A stretch of 64,000 nucleotides of DNA from contig CM022670.1 of assembly GCA_012295275.1 (NCBI GenBank), positions 5,518,001 to 5,582,000 of the forward strand, in the 5' to 3' direction. The stretch is from Chrysomallon squamiferum. Its lineage: Eukaryota; Animalia; Mollusca. The notes under the pieces were generated by a model. It searched no databases and had not been told where the DNA came from. It saw only the letters and a list, made by a program, of their open reading frames with translations. A program made the position numbers and the translations under genes. This document shows positions 37,701-54,633 of the stretch, piece by piece. Numbering within the stretch: position 1 is the first letter of the stretch; each line of letters opens with the position of its first letter.

Positions 37701-40700
37701 AAGAGACAATTGACGAGTCACTAGTCTATGGTTGTCGACAGCGACAGAAAACTCGCTCTCAGAAAAGTCAGTGGAAGTCGCTGTACATGCGGCAGTACCA
37801 GATTGAACAGAACTGGCGTACTGGAATAATCAAGCCTCCAAAGGTAAAATCTTTTCAAATTTCTTTAATCTCCATTTAAGTAAAACTCAGTTACAGAATT
37901 TTGAAACCAAAACCCATGTAGATAGGTTCAGTTTGCCATTTCTCAACTAGTATTTATGTTGTGCATATGGTCAAATGCATTTTATAACTGACAGAAAAGT
38001 TTGAATTTTGATGTGCGTTCTGTAACAACAATAATGAGATTACAGTTTTAGATATATAGCAAAATTTGAATATTTCAGATGCTGAAAGGACATGATGATC
38101 ACGTGATAACCTGTCTGGAGTTTTGTGGCAGTAGAATAGTCAGTGGCTCTGATGACAACACACTCAAAGTGTGGTCAGCACTGTCTGGAAAGGTAACATT
38201 TGCTTTAATAAACATTATCTAGGTTCTAGCAACCATAACTGTCAATTTTTTTCCATTTTATGGATGTTTTTACAAAGAAAAGGTCAGACAAAAAAATCGT
38301 TCCTATCTCTATTCCAACAAAAGTTAGGGCTGTTTTCAGTATAACCCCCCCCAGCCTTTATAATCTGATTTTTATAATTCAAATGCAGCCATGATGGTTA
38401 GCATTTGATAACTTTCAACACATGCCAAATTTTCAAGTCCTCTCTAAAAAGCTTTTTCTTTTCAGACTTTCAACTTGACAGAAAAACTGTTTTTAGACAA
38501 TACTAATGTGTTTTGTGTTTCAGTGTTTGAGAACTGTTATTAGAAGATACACCTGTGTTTTGTGTTTCAGTGTTTGAGAACTCTGGTGGGACACACAGGA
38601 GGAGTGTGGTCTTCACAGATGTGTGGCTGTGTGGTTATCAGTGGCTCAACTGATCGAACTTTAAAAGTATGGAATGCAGACACTGGTCAGTGCAAACATA
38701 CTCTCTATGGTCACACCTCCACTGTCCGATGTATGAGTCTCCATGGAAACAAGTTAGTATCAGTCCACTCATATCTTAACCATTGATTATAAAATAAAGT
38801 GCTAATTTTTATCTGTATTTTATTTGATTTTTAGAAGTGATCTTTTTTGCTGCTTTTTAAAAAATTATTATTATTATTTTTTTTTTATATGTTTCTAATG
38901 AAAACTTTAACCATATTCATTTAACTTTTAATAGTGTACAGAAAACTGTTCTAACAAATGTGTCTGTAATTTAATAAAAATGTGCCCATTAAAGCTTTCA
39001 TCTCATGTTGCCATACATACAATTTAACACTAATAAATCCAGGAAGTTGTTATTTTTTATTAGTTTCATGGGTAGGCATTACCTGAGACCCACCTAGTAA
39101 CATGGTATTCTCTTTGCACCACATTTGTTGTCTTTACCATATTTTTATATTGTCATATTTTTCTAATCAACATTGTAATCAACTGAGCTGAATGTGGTGT
39201 TGGCAAAACAGCTGTGCTTGAATGAATACGTTGAAACTCATTTAGAATGGAGTGGAGTTTAAATCACTTTTGTCACTGTTTCTTTCAGCTGCTTGTAATA
39301 AATCTGTCAGTAAAATAAGAGAGAAATGATGATTGTTGATGACATAATGCCAGCTAATTCTGTGAATGTAACCAATTTTAAGTAATCTTTGAAATTAAAT
39401 ATCTGGTCATTTCTAATTAATCAAATTTTGGAAAGTTTGTGAGATAATTTCATAGATAAAATCAATATTCTGTTTATACTTCTCATCTCAGAAAAACAGC
39501 TTTAAAAATATTGCTAACAATATTTTGAGCATTTGTAATATTTGTTATTTTAAACATGCAAGATATATTAAATCGAAGGAGTGTCTTCTGTTTTTTAACT
39601 AATATTAAATATGTCTGAGAACTGGTGAATGAAAGCATTATGCAACAGTGTGTATATTTTGTTTTTAATGTTTTAATTAGTTTCATGCAATTTGTTTTTA
39701 AGTTTACTAATATTCGTAATATTTTGGTAATAATAATTGTCTAATTTTAGCTCCAAAAATAATCAATCACCTTTAAAATAACAATTGATTTAAACTACAG
39801 AAAATAATTAATAGTTACAGGTATCTTCCATCTATTAGTTACATAAACAGCTTGAAAAACAATAAATGCTGTGCTGTATTTTCCAAGAAAAGGAATTTGA
39901 ATTTTTGTACTTTGTGTTTGCTAATTAGAATTTTATTTAAGGTTATAGTCTAGATTCAAAGTTTACATCCATGTTACATTAAGAAAAATAACGAAAGATA
40001 TTTGTATATGTAATATAGTAATAATGCATGTAATTCTGATCCTTATATGAATTTGTTTATAATAAATGTTTTTTATATGTATGCATGACAAATCTTTATA
40101 AATGTTTGTTTTAGAGTTGTGAGTGGTTCACGTGATGCTACACTGCGACTGTGGGATGTTGAAAATGGTCACTGTCTTCATGTGCTCATGGGCCACGTGG
40201 CTGCAGTAAGATGTGTGCAGTATGATGGGCGCCGGATTGTCAGTGGTGCCTACGATTACACAGTCCGGGTTTGGGACCCAGAAACTGAAAGTTGCCTTCA
40301 CACACTTCAGGGTCATACAAACCGTGTATACTCCCTACAAGTAAGTTGTTACAGCTTTCATAATATTTTCAGTAAAATTCAGGGTCACAGAAACAGTATA
40401 TACTAACTACAAGTGAATTGTTGCAACTTTCATAATACTTTCAGTAAAATTCAGGGTCACACAAAGAGTGTATACTTCTTCAAGTAACTTGTTACAGCCT
40501 TCACAATACTTTCTAGTGACCATCAAAACTGTCATATTGGTATCTTCCACTAATAAAATGTCCCATGTTTTAATTTGATATTGATCTGGTAGATTAAATA
40601 TACTTTCACATATAAATTTTTGAAGTCCAGGAATAAAATAAAGCAACAACTTGTTTTAAAATATGAAGGGTTTGTAGTAATTTGGTAATATAAAAAACAA

Positions 40701-41850
40701 ATATTAAAAAAACAAAAAATGAAGTTTTATGGCAGTGTTAAATATCAGTGAGAGAGGTCTGGTTGAAGCATACTACACAAGTAGATACAGACAGACACTG
40801 CTGGTGAAGCATTGTTTTGTCTTTTTTTAATTTAATATTTAAGTTGATTTATTTCAGTAAATTAAAGTAGTATTATTGTTTTCTATCTTACAGAACTAAA
40901 AATGTTTTTTAAAACAATTATTGGATGTAAATATGTTACATTAATATTTTGTGCAAATGTGTAAATAATACTGCTGATTACTGCAAATAAAAGTTAATAC
41001 TGTTGTAAATCATTACACTACAAATTATTTGTGCAGCAGCTTTTCAAGAAAGTTCACCTCCTCTGCAATTTAATCTGTTTTTTTTTCTGTTTTTTCTGAA
41101 TCTCACAAAATTATGTTTTGTAGTACAAACTGTGATTGAGTGTTGGTCAAACAGTGTTAGGTAGGCAAATATTGCTGCTCATCTGATCATTTTAAAAAAT
41201 GATTTAAAGTTCTCCCATCATTTAACAACAAGCTGTGTTTTGTGTTTTTATAGTTTGATGGTATCCATGTGGTCAGTGGTTCACTGGACACATCTATACG
41301 AGTGTGGGAGGTGGAAACTGGAAATTGTCTTCACACTCTGATAGGTCACCAGTCATTGACCAGTGGTTTGGAGCTCAAAGACAATATACTTGTATCAGGA
41401 AACGCAGACTCAACAGTCAAAGTGTGGGACATTACTAGTGGACAGTGTCTGCAGACTCTGCAAGGTCAGTCAGAACCAAACTTTTTGTAAATTCTTTAAA
41501 CATTTCATTTCAGCTTTTTGTAAAAGTAACTAATTCTGATATTTGTTTCATTTGTTTCAGGACCAAACAAACATCAGAGTGCTGTGACATGTCTGCAGTT
41601 CAATAAAAAGTTTGTTATCACGTCATCTGATGATGGGACAGTTAAGATATGGGATTTAAAAACAGGAGAATTTTTACGAAATCTGGTTTCCCTGGACAGT
41701 GGTGGGAGTGGAGGTGTTGTGTGGCGTTTGAGAAGCAGCAATACTAAACTGGTGTGTGCAGTGGGCAGTCGGAATGGAACTGAAGAAACTAAGCTTCTTG
41801 TTCTTGACTTTGACGTGGAAGACAAAAAACTTAGCACTTATAAAGAATGA
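31721..41850 (+). CDS. FBXW7: F-box/WD repeat-containing protein 7 (SCF substrate receptor) with an N-terminal tandem helix-hairpin-helix extension, ~825 aa
   Basis: Exons 31721-31825, 32278-32414, 33287-33632, 35239-35478, 35912-35994, 36495-36642, 36823-36957, 37583-37843, 38079-38192, 38571-38752, 40115-40340, 41254-41464 and 41561-41850. All are GT-AG with closing phases, total 2478 nt. The D-domain/F-box (ALDELI...[32 protein letters not shown]) and WD40 repeats ending [17 protein letters not shown] are diagnostic. The core (35912-41850) is near certain; joining of the first four exons is inferred from phase. Confidence 0.93.
32455..32690. repeat. Intronic minisatellite (~27-34 bp, ctaaaatct(a/t)c(t/a)gttaaaatactttgtta)
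   Basis: About seven degenerate copies. Confidence 0.8.
33633..33885. repeat. ~30-bp tandem repeat (cagtcacctgttagtattgtc) starting at the FBXW7 exon-3 donor
   Basis: Repeated cag(t/c)acctg units begin with the cag|gtacctg junction. Confidence 0.8.
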
Positions 41851-41851
41851 T

Positions 41852-42790
41852 TGTCCACATACATAGTATTTTTAAACAATGTGTCCACATGGAGGGCAAG
41901 TGTATAGTTTGTCCACATTGAGGCTGAGTGAATGTATACAGTGTGTCCACTTAGTGAGTGTATACAGTGCATCCACATACAGTAAGTGTGTGCAGTGAGT
42001 GTGCACAGTGTGTCCAAAAACTGGGTGAATGTATACAGTTTGTCCACATACACTGAGTGTATACAGTGTATCCACATAGAGTAAGTGTATACAGTGTGTA
42101 CAATGTGCCCACATACTGGGTGAATGTATACAGTGTGTCCACATACCTTGAGTGTATACAGTGTGTCCACATACATTGAGTGTATACAGTATGTCCACAT
42201 ACACTTAGTGTATACAGTGGATCCACACACATTGAGTGTACACAGTGGGTCCACATACATTGAGTGTATACAGTGAGTCCACATACACCGAGTGTATACA
42301 ATGTATCTATATGTTGAGTGAGTGAATGTTTACAGTGTGTCTACATACATAGTGAGTGTGTACACTGTCCACATATGTATTAGTGTATACAGTGTGTATA
42401 TGTATCTTCATATACAGTGTGTCAGTGTACAGTGTGTACAGTGTCCACACAGTGAGGCTCTACAGAGTTCATATACAGAGTGAGTGTAAACAGTGTCAGT
42501 ATACAAAATAAGTGAATGTATATAGTGTTTTTACATTCAGTGAGTTTATACTGTGTCCACATACAGTACGTATATATAGTGTCCACACACAGTGACCGTA
42601 TACAGTACAACCACTTACAGTGTGACCATATACAGTATGTGAATGTATACAGTGTGTCCAGTGGTAGTCTATATACAGTATCCACACATTCTAAACATGA
42701 TAGTAGTCTGTTGGCAGTATAAAATGTAATTGCATGTATACACAGTTTCTGTATAGTACGATTGGACAGTGTGTTCACAAAAATGCTGGT
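41852..42790. repeat. Minisatellite (~26-30 bp, gagtgtatacagtgtgtccacatacatt) directly after the FBXW7 stop codon
   Basis: Dozens of degenerate copies of gtatacagtgtgtccac. This array explains the spurious CIHS/VDTL ORFs. Confidence 0.92.
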
Positions 42791-44044
42791 TAGATGAGTA
42801 CAGAGTGAATGTGTAGAATCCCCATACAGAGAGAATGTGTGCAGACTAAATGCAAAGTGGCTCTTTAAACAGTGTCACTAAATTTACATAAGGAAAAATT
42901 GCAGAATTTGGTGATGCTTGTTTTTTTTTTTAGATGTGCCTGTTGTTTTCTGTGTTGTTTTAATTTTGTTGGCTGGATGTTGAGAAGGGTGACAGTGTCA
43001 TCAAATGTCCTGCTCAGTTGTAATTATACTGCTATTGGCACAAGTGCTTATCTTTGTTTTGTTTCCATCAGACATTTTGTTTGTATGATAGGCAGGCTTG
43101 ATTAGATATTTTATTTGTTTGATTACAATGTTCATTTGTGTTTTGTTTTTTTCTGTTATATATGTTTAGATTATTTTTTTGTGTGTTAGATAATGTGGTA
43201 AAGTTGAACATTTTGTTCAGCTGTGTATAGCTGCATGATGTTTGTGAGGTGTGGTTGGATGTTCATTGTTTTGTTTGTGAGATATGGTTATATGTTCAGT
43301 GTTTTGTTTGTGAGATATCTATCAGAAGTTTTAAGCAAGAATGGTGAAATAAGAATTTCAGTTAAGCCAAAAAAAAAAAAAAAAAAAAAACCCCCCCAAA
43401 AAAAAACAATCTGTGAATTTGTTTTAATATTACAGTTTGATTACATCAGTCTGTTCAGTAGTCCACTGTGGTCATGTTAGAGTAATGCCTTACGTCTAAA
43501 CATTTTTTCCCTTTATTGTTCCTTTTACTTCTTTTGTTGTTGTTATTCATTTAATAATTCGTAATATTGTCAAGGATATATTATGTTCATACTAAATATA
43601 AAGGATAATTTCTTCCTTTTTACTTTCTTTTTTCTTCATTTTTTTTTCCATATAGAATAATTGTGGAATATTTATTTGTTTTTTTAAACTCAAAAAAAAA
43701 AAAGGACAATAAAGATGTCTTTCTTGTTAATATTTCTGATGTGGGTCAAATAAAATAAATAAAATTAGTATCAAATTGAATTGGTAACTAAAATAAAATT
43801 AACAGTGTTTGAAAAGGTTTTCAAAAATTACTCTCCAGTTGAAAAGTTTTCCATCTCAATATCTGACACAGAAATCACATCTCCCAACAGTTTAGGTTAA
43901 GAATAAGTTGTAACCATGTTCAGATATTTGTCACAGACACCATCCATGTGTTGATGTATTAGCCATAGATATCAGTATGTTCTGACATTTTTTGTATGGT
44001 GCATTTCCACATGTTCAAGCTGTTTTGCATTACATCATTAGCCA

Positions 44045-44375
44045 CAAACAATTGTTAAAAAATTATCAAGTACATTTCTCTAGGTCAACAACAATTGTTA
44101 GATGACTGTCTACTACATTTCTGTTAGGTAACTCAACAATTGTTAGATGACTGTCTACTACATTTCTCTTAGCAACAACAGTTGTTAGATACTGTCTACT
44201 ATATTTCTTTTGGGTAACGCAACAACAGTTGTTAGATGACTACTACATTTTTCTTTGGTAACAACAATTGTTAGATACTGTCTACTACATTGTTCTTTGG
44301 TAACTCAACAACAATTGTTAGATGACTCTACTACATTGTTCTTTGGTAACTCAACAACAATTGTTAGATGACTCT
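44045..44375. repeat. Minisatellite (~37-45 bp, caacaattgttagatgactgtctactacatt...ggtaact)
   Basis: About eight tandem copies. Confidence 0.9.
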
Positions 44376-45169
44376 TCTTTCTGTTTATCCCATTTTCTGG
44401 TGTTTGTGTTTGTATGTGATGTTTTCCTGTGTGTTTATTTTATCTGATAATCCTTATTCAGAGATTGTAATATGTTCCAGTATCATGAGTTGTAATATGT
44501 ATATAACACTTCTGTAACATTGTATATTTGTTAGATGAGTAAGGGTGTAGACACGTGTGAGGTAATTCAGTGTATGAAAGTGACTTGAATATTTCTTTTA
44601 TATACTTGTTGATGAATATTTGAGGATTAAAAGATGGGTTCATTAAAATTTATTAAACCCTTTATATTGTTGTTCTCTTCATTGATATCATTAGACACAG
44701 CAAAACTGGATGCACAGGCAGATCATACCTGAACAAGGTATTGGTGAGAATAGAAAAAACAGTTGTAGTGGAAAACGAATGTTCAGAAGCATACATCAGT
44801 TAGTGTTCATCTGATCAGCTGTTACTTTCCAGCAAGCTGGACAATATAAATAATTTTATGAAATCTATTTAATTAAAAACCAATACAGAACTGGAAATGT
44901 CCTGATTTTTTTTACAGAATCCATACTACTACTGCTGCTGCTGCTGCTACTACTACTACTACTACTACTACTACTAATAATAATAATAATAATAATAACA
45001 ACAACTGTATGTAATTTCTAATCAAATATTCTTTGAAATATGCCAATTATTTTTATTTCAGTTATTTATTAGTTTGTTAACAGTATTTGGAATTTCCAAC
45101 ATTTTCTTTTTATGTTGAGGGAGAATTTGATTTTTTTTTTTACTTTTTTTTATTTTTGTTTTACTTTAT

Positions 45170-45406
45170 CACCCTTCAACATGCCCTCTACAGATTTTTC
45201 ACTTTGTATAAAAAACCAGTTCATAAATCACTGGATTACAGGACAAACACGAACAAAATAGAATTGCGTTATTTATATATTTACTGTAAATTCTAAATAG
45301 CCACCATATATAAATAACGCAATTCTATTTTGTTCATGTTTGTCCTGTAATCCAGTGATTTATGAACTATATTTTTATATAACACTGGAGGGCATGTTAA
45401 AGGGTG
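45170..45406. mobile_element. Near-perfect foldback/hairpin element (MITE-like)
   Basis: Arms 45218-45280 and 45306-45368 are reverse complements with about one mismatch. Outer arms cacccttcaacatgccctc (45170-45188) and gagggcatgttaaagggtg (45388-45406). Confidence 0.85.
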
Positions 45407-45903
45407 GTACGACAAAAAAACCCACCCATGATACCATCAGTAAAGTACACAATTCCTTGAGTTACATCACCATATTTATTTCACATTAACTACAGTCTGT
45501 TTATACGACCACCAACTTTCATTTCCTAATGGCTACTTTCGATTATTTTCTGTCTTGCTGGAAACATCATTAATATCAATCCTGGCAGATGTCTGATCAA
45601 AATGATACTACTAAATGAAAAGTTTGATTGTTCATCGTCCATCCTTTTGTATCACTAATTAGATAGAAAAATTTGAAGAGTGAAGGCTTCAAAAAGATGT
45701 TTTACAATTTATATTTATAAATAATTAATCCATGGATAAAAGGGACATTATGTAGCTAGGGTCAGCTCCTATTAATGAGTAACTAAATGTATGAAAGGTT
45801 TGTGGCAGTTTCTGTTATGGTAAAGTTACCTAAAAGATGGGTGTCTGATGTTTAAAGAGGGGCATAGAGTCTGTGTCTCATTTACTGAAGAAATTTAACC
45901 AAA

Positions 45904-51160
<5,257 letters not shown>

Positions 51161-51339
51161 CTGTCGTAGTAAATAGTTCCTAGATTTGCTGATTAATTTA
51201 ATGAAACACTATGAGCACTTGTCTCGGTGAAACACTGTATATCAAGTGAATCAGTCAAATGTAGTTAGCTGAGTATTATCAAAGAGCTCTATCAGTTATT
51301 TATTTTTGTCCTGTAATTGGTATGAATACTTCCAACTCT

Positions 51340-51575
51340 TATCATTTGTATATGACATCTGTACTTTCAACACATCACTTGTATATATCTGAACTTTGAA
51401 TTTGAATGTGATATCCCATCAACTAGATCTTCTGTTTCAGCACATCACTTGTATGTGATATCTGAACTTTGAACACGTCTTATGTGATATCTGAACTTTG
51501 AACACGTCTTCTATGTAATATCTTTACTTTCAACACATCACTTGAATGTGATATCCGTACTTTCAGCACATCAGT
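51340..51575. repeat. Minisatellite (~30-33 bp, tgtgatatctgaactttcaacacatcacttg)
   Basis: About seven degenerate copies in the presumed 5'UTR intron of the sushi gene. Confidence 0.8.
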
Positions 51576-51909
51576 AAAAATACTTTAAACATTAAAATGT
51601 TTGTGAACACCCTTGTGACACTTGTTACATGTTATACCGGTTTGCGGCGCGGGTATTACATGTCTGATCCTTGATTTCGCACGGATTCAATCTAATTAAC
51701 ACAATGTTCAAACAGTGTTAATGTTCGGATACCGGAATTAACCAATTACAGAATAATTGTCGAAATCATAAAGGCACTTTAAGGTATCCACAAATTATTT
51801 ATCAAGAAAATATTGAGACGTATAATGTATTTTATAGTCGGCAATAATAATGATAATAAATCTGTTTCTTTCAAAATAATAAACACTGTTCAGACGTGGA
51901 TGAAATCAC

Positions 51910-52135
51910 CCTGAGAGACGAGGAAGTATTTCTTGCTGAAACACAACTGTACATTCATCAGCGTGACGTGACGCACTGCCGTTACTGTAATGCAATCTCG
52001 TAACTGTGCGCGCACACAAAAGCGGTTCTAGAAGACACTATTGAATTTGATCTTAATAAGGTTTTACGGCTGTTCTCTGTATCACGCTAAAACCTCGTTC
52101 CAAAACATTATACGTACATTAATTACTTCCAGAGG
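51910..52135. promoter_or_regulatory. Probable divergent promoter between the ShK-sushi gene and CCDC158
   Basis: CpG-enriched, with CRE-like TGACGTGA at 51964-51971. A minus-strand donor G|GTGATT lies at ~51910 and a plus-strand donor AG|GTGAAG at ~52134. Confidence 0.4.
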
Positions 52136-52339
52136 TGAAGTATTTATTTATTTTATCATTGTTGTTGTTGTTGTTGTTTTTCTTTTGTTGTTGCTGTTGT
52201 TAAAAACAATATTTTAAAAAGAAATGACATTTTATTAAATGATACCAGAGAGCATTTTAAAAATAAGGTCAGTACACATAATTTGCTAATAGACACACAT
52301 TAATACCTGTCTTGCACAGTAAACAGTCGCTTCAAAAAG

Positions 52340-52965
52340 TGTTGACAGTGGACTGTAATCTAGAATACAGACACACCAATATCTGTGTTAACAGTTAACT
52401 GTAATCTGAAACACACATAAACAAACATCCTACAGACTACATCAGTGTTAACATTTAAGTGTAACATAGATCAGTTATGCCAATATCAGTGCTAACAGTT
52501 AACGGTAATATATAACACAGTCGCCAACATCAGTGTTAACATTTAAGTGTAACATAGATGAATGTAATATCTAGAATACAGATAAAATAGAACACAGTCG
52601 CACCAGTATCAGTGTTAACAGTTGAATGTAATCTAGAATACAGATAAACCAACATCAGTTTGTTTAACAGTTAAATGTAATCTAGAATACAGATAAACAA
52701 ATATCAGTGTTAACAGTTAACTGTAATCTAAACCACAGTCGCACCAGTTTGAGTGTTAACAGTTAACTGTAATCTAGAACACAGACCAATATCAGAGTTA
52801 AAAGTTAACTGTACTCTAGAACACAGACAAACCAACATCAGTGTTAACAGTTAACTGTACTCTAGGACACAGACAAACCAACATCGGTGTTAACAGTTAA
52901 CTGTAATCTAGAACACAGACGCACCAATATCAGTGTTAACAGTTAACTGTAATCTGGAACCTATA
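52340..52965. repeat. Minisatellite (~43-46 bp, cagtgttaacagttaactgtaatctagaacacagacaaaccaacat)
   Basis: About 13 copies. The unit carries palindromes GTTAAC and ACAGTTAACTGT, plus TCTAGA. Confidence 0.92.
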
Positions 52966-53630
52966 CACACAGTATTACTGAAAACAGAGAACTGTAATTT
53001 TAAGCACAGACACTCTGTAGTGCTATACTTGACACGGTCTGTAACAATACAAAGCTGTATGTAACACTGGGAAAGAGTATATGGTAAAAACACCGATATA
53101 TAACATAATTTACAAAAATTATAATTAATATACTCCAAATCTCGATACCCGGTACGGAAAATATCACATATTGCAAATTCGCCTAGTATTGTAAACAGCG
53201 TCTGGACGATTTTCTAAATATTTTTATACATGTGGGAAAATTCTTAACTCGGATTATGAGTTACAAAGTTAGGTGACTGCCTGCATAGACATATTGCACC
53301 GTTCCATAGAATTTCTGTCTCCCGTAATTCACAGACAAACGAATTTTATATCTGAGATGATGATGATGATGATTATTATTATTATTATTATTATTATTAT
53401 TTCAGGCATTTTGAGAGAACTCTTTAGCAGATGTTGAGGACCTGCTGTTTTAGTTACGGTTTAGATTGCTCGATTTTTCAAGTACATTTTATATTAATCT
53501 AAATTAAATATATTATTTTATTGTTTTCTCATGGATGTTTAAAACAAACAATTTTGTCAAACTGTATGTTCATATATACTCAGGGATTTTAGAAAAGTAG
53601 TAAAGATTGCCATGTATCGATTTCACAGTC

Positions 53631-54006
53631 CCGTAGGAAAGTGAGATATTGATTGATTTCATTTCATTTGGGTATGAACTAAACAAAAATTGTAAGTAAA
53701 TCTTTTTTTAGACACACGTAAAACCCAGAATCCAAGATGGCCACCAACACTCAATTAAAAATACAGAAAATGGCATATCTCTGGATTATCAGGCATGTTT
53801 GAAAAATCAACACTAGATCTAACAGCACTGAAATTGGTCAGTTCCAAGATATGCCATTTTGTGTATCTTCCATCAGTGACAGCTGCCATCTTAAATTTTA
53901 GGCCTTACTAGTGTCCAAAAATGTATTACCTAAGATTTTGTTTTGTTCATACCCAAATGAAGTCAAATCAATCACTATCTCACTTCGGGTATCCGATTCC
54001 TACGGA
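53631..54006. mobile_element. Foldback MITE (~375 bp) with long imperfect TIRs, in a 5'UTR intron of CCDC158
   Basis: Ends ccgtaggaa and ttcctacgg. Paired blocks: aagtgagata/tatctcactt, ttcatttgggtatgaac/gttcatacccaaatgaa, aagatggc/gccatctt and aaaatggcatatct/agatatgccatttt. Confidence 0.85.
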
Positions 54007-54211
54007 AGTACATCTCAGTCTACACTATAGGCGGAATTTACTATATAACATAAACCACTCGTAAACGTATTGCTTAATCAAGACTACAAGGAACAATTAC
54101 AAACATAAACAAAAAGTTAAAGATTTTGATAGTTTACAAATTATCATAAATTACTTCATGTCAGAATTTACATACTGCTGCTTTATCTTTAATCAGAAAG
54201 ACTGAAACAAA

Positions 54212-54583
54212 ATGGATTTACATAGCATTTCGTCGTCTACTGTATCATCACTTTCTCCAAGGGACTTATCATCTAACAACGCTTCAGCAAACTTGACAAC
54301 AGAGGATAAACCAAACGGAACAAATTCAGCAATGGCTAAGCATTCTTTACCTCACAAACTTTCGAGTTCTGATTTCGCTGAACAAATAAAACAATTAGAA
54401 ATTGAAGGGAATAAACTGAGGACTTCGTCTGCCAATATTTTTGAAAATAGCACGAGCGGTGAGACTTTATTTCATGACAGGACATGTTTGATCAGACAAT
54501 AAATATATAATTTATAACTGTTTATAATTATGCCTCTGTATCGAAAAATGAATGAATGATTGAATAAATAAATAGTAATTTTT

Positions 54584-54633
<50 letters not shown>

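Noticed and set aside
41838-42778. Several 60-150-aa Cys/His/Thr-rich ORFs on both strands
   Set aside because: They are translations of the gtatacagtgtgtccac minisatellite, open in several frames, with no splice or domain support.
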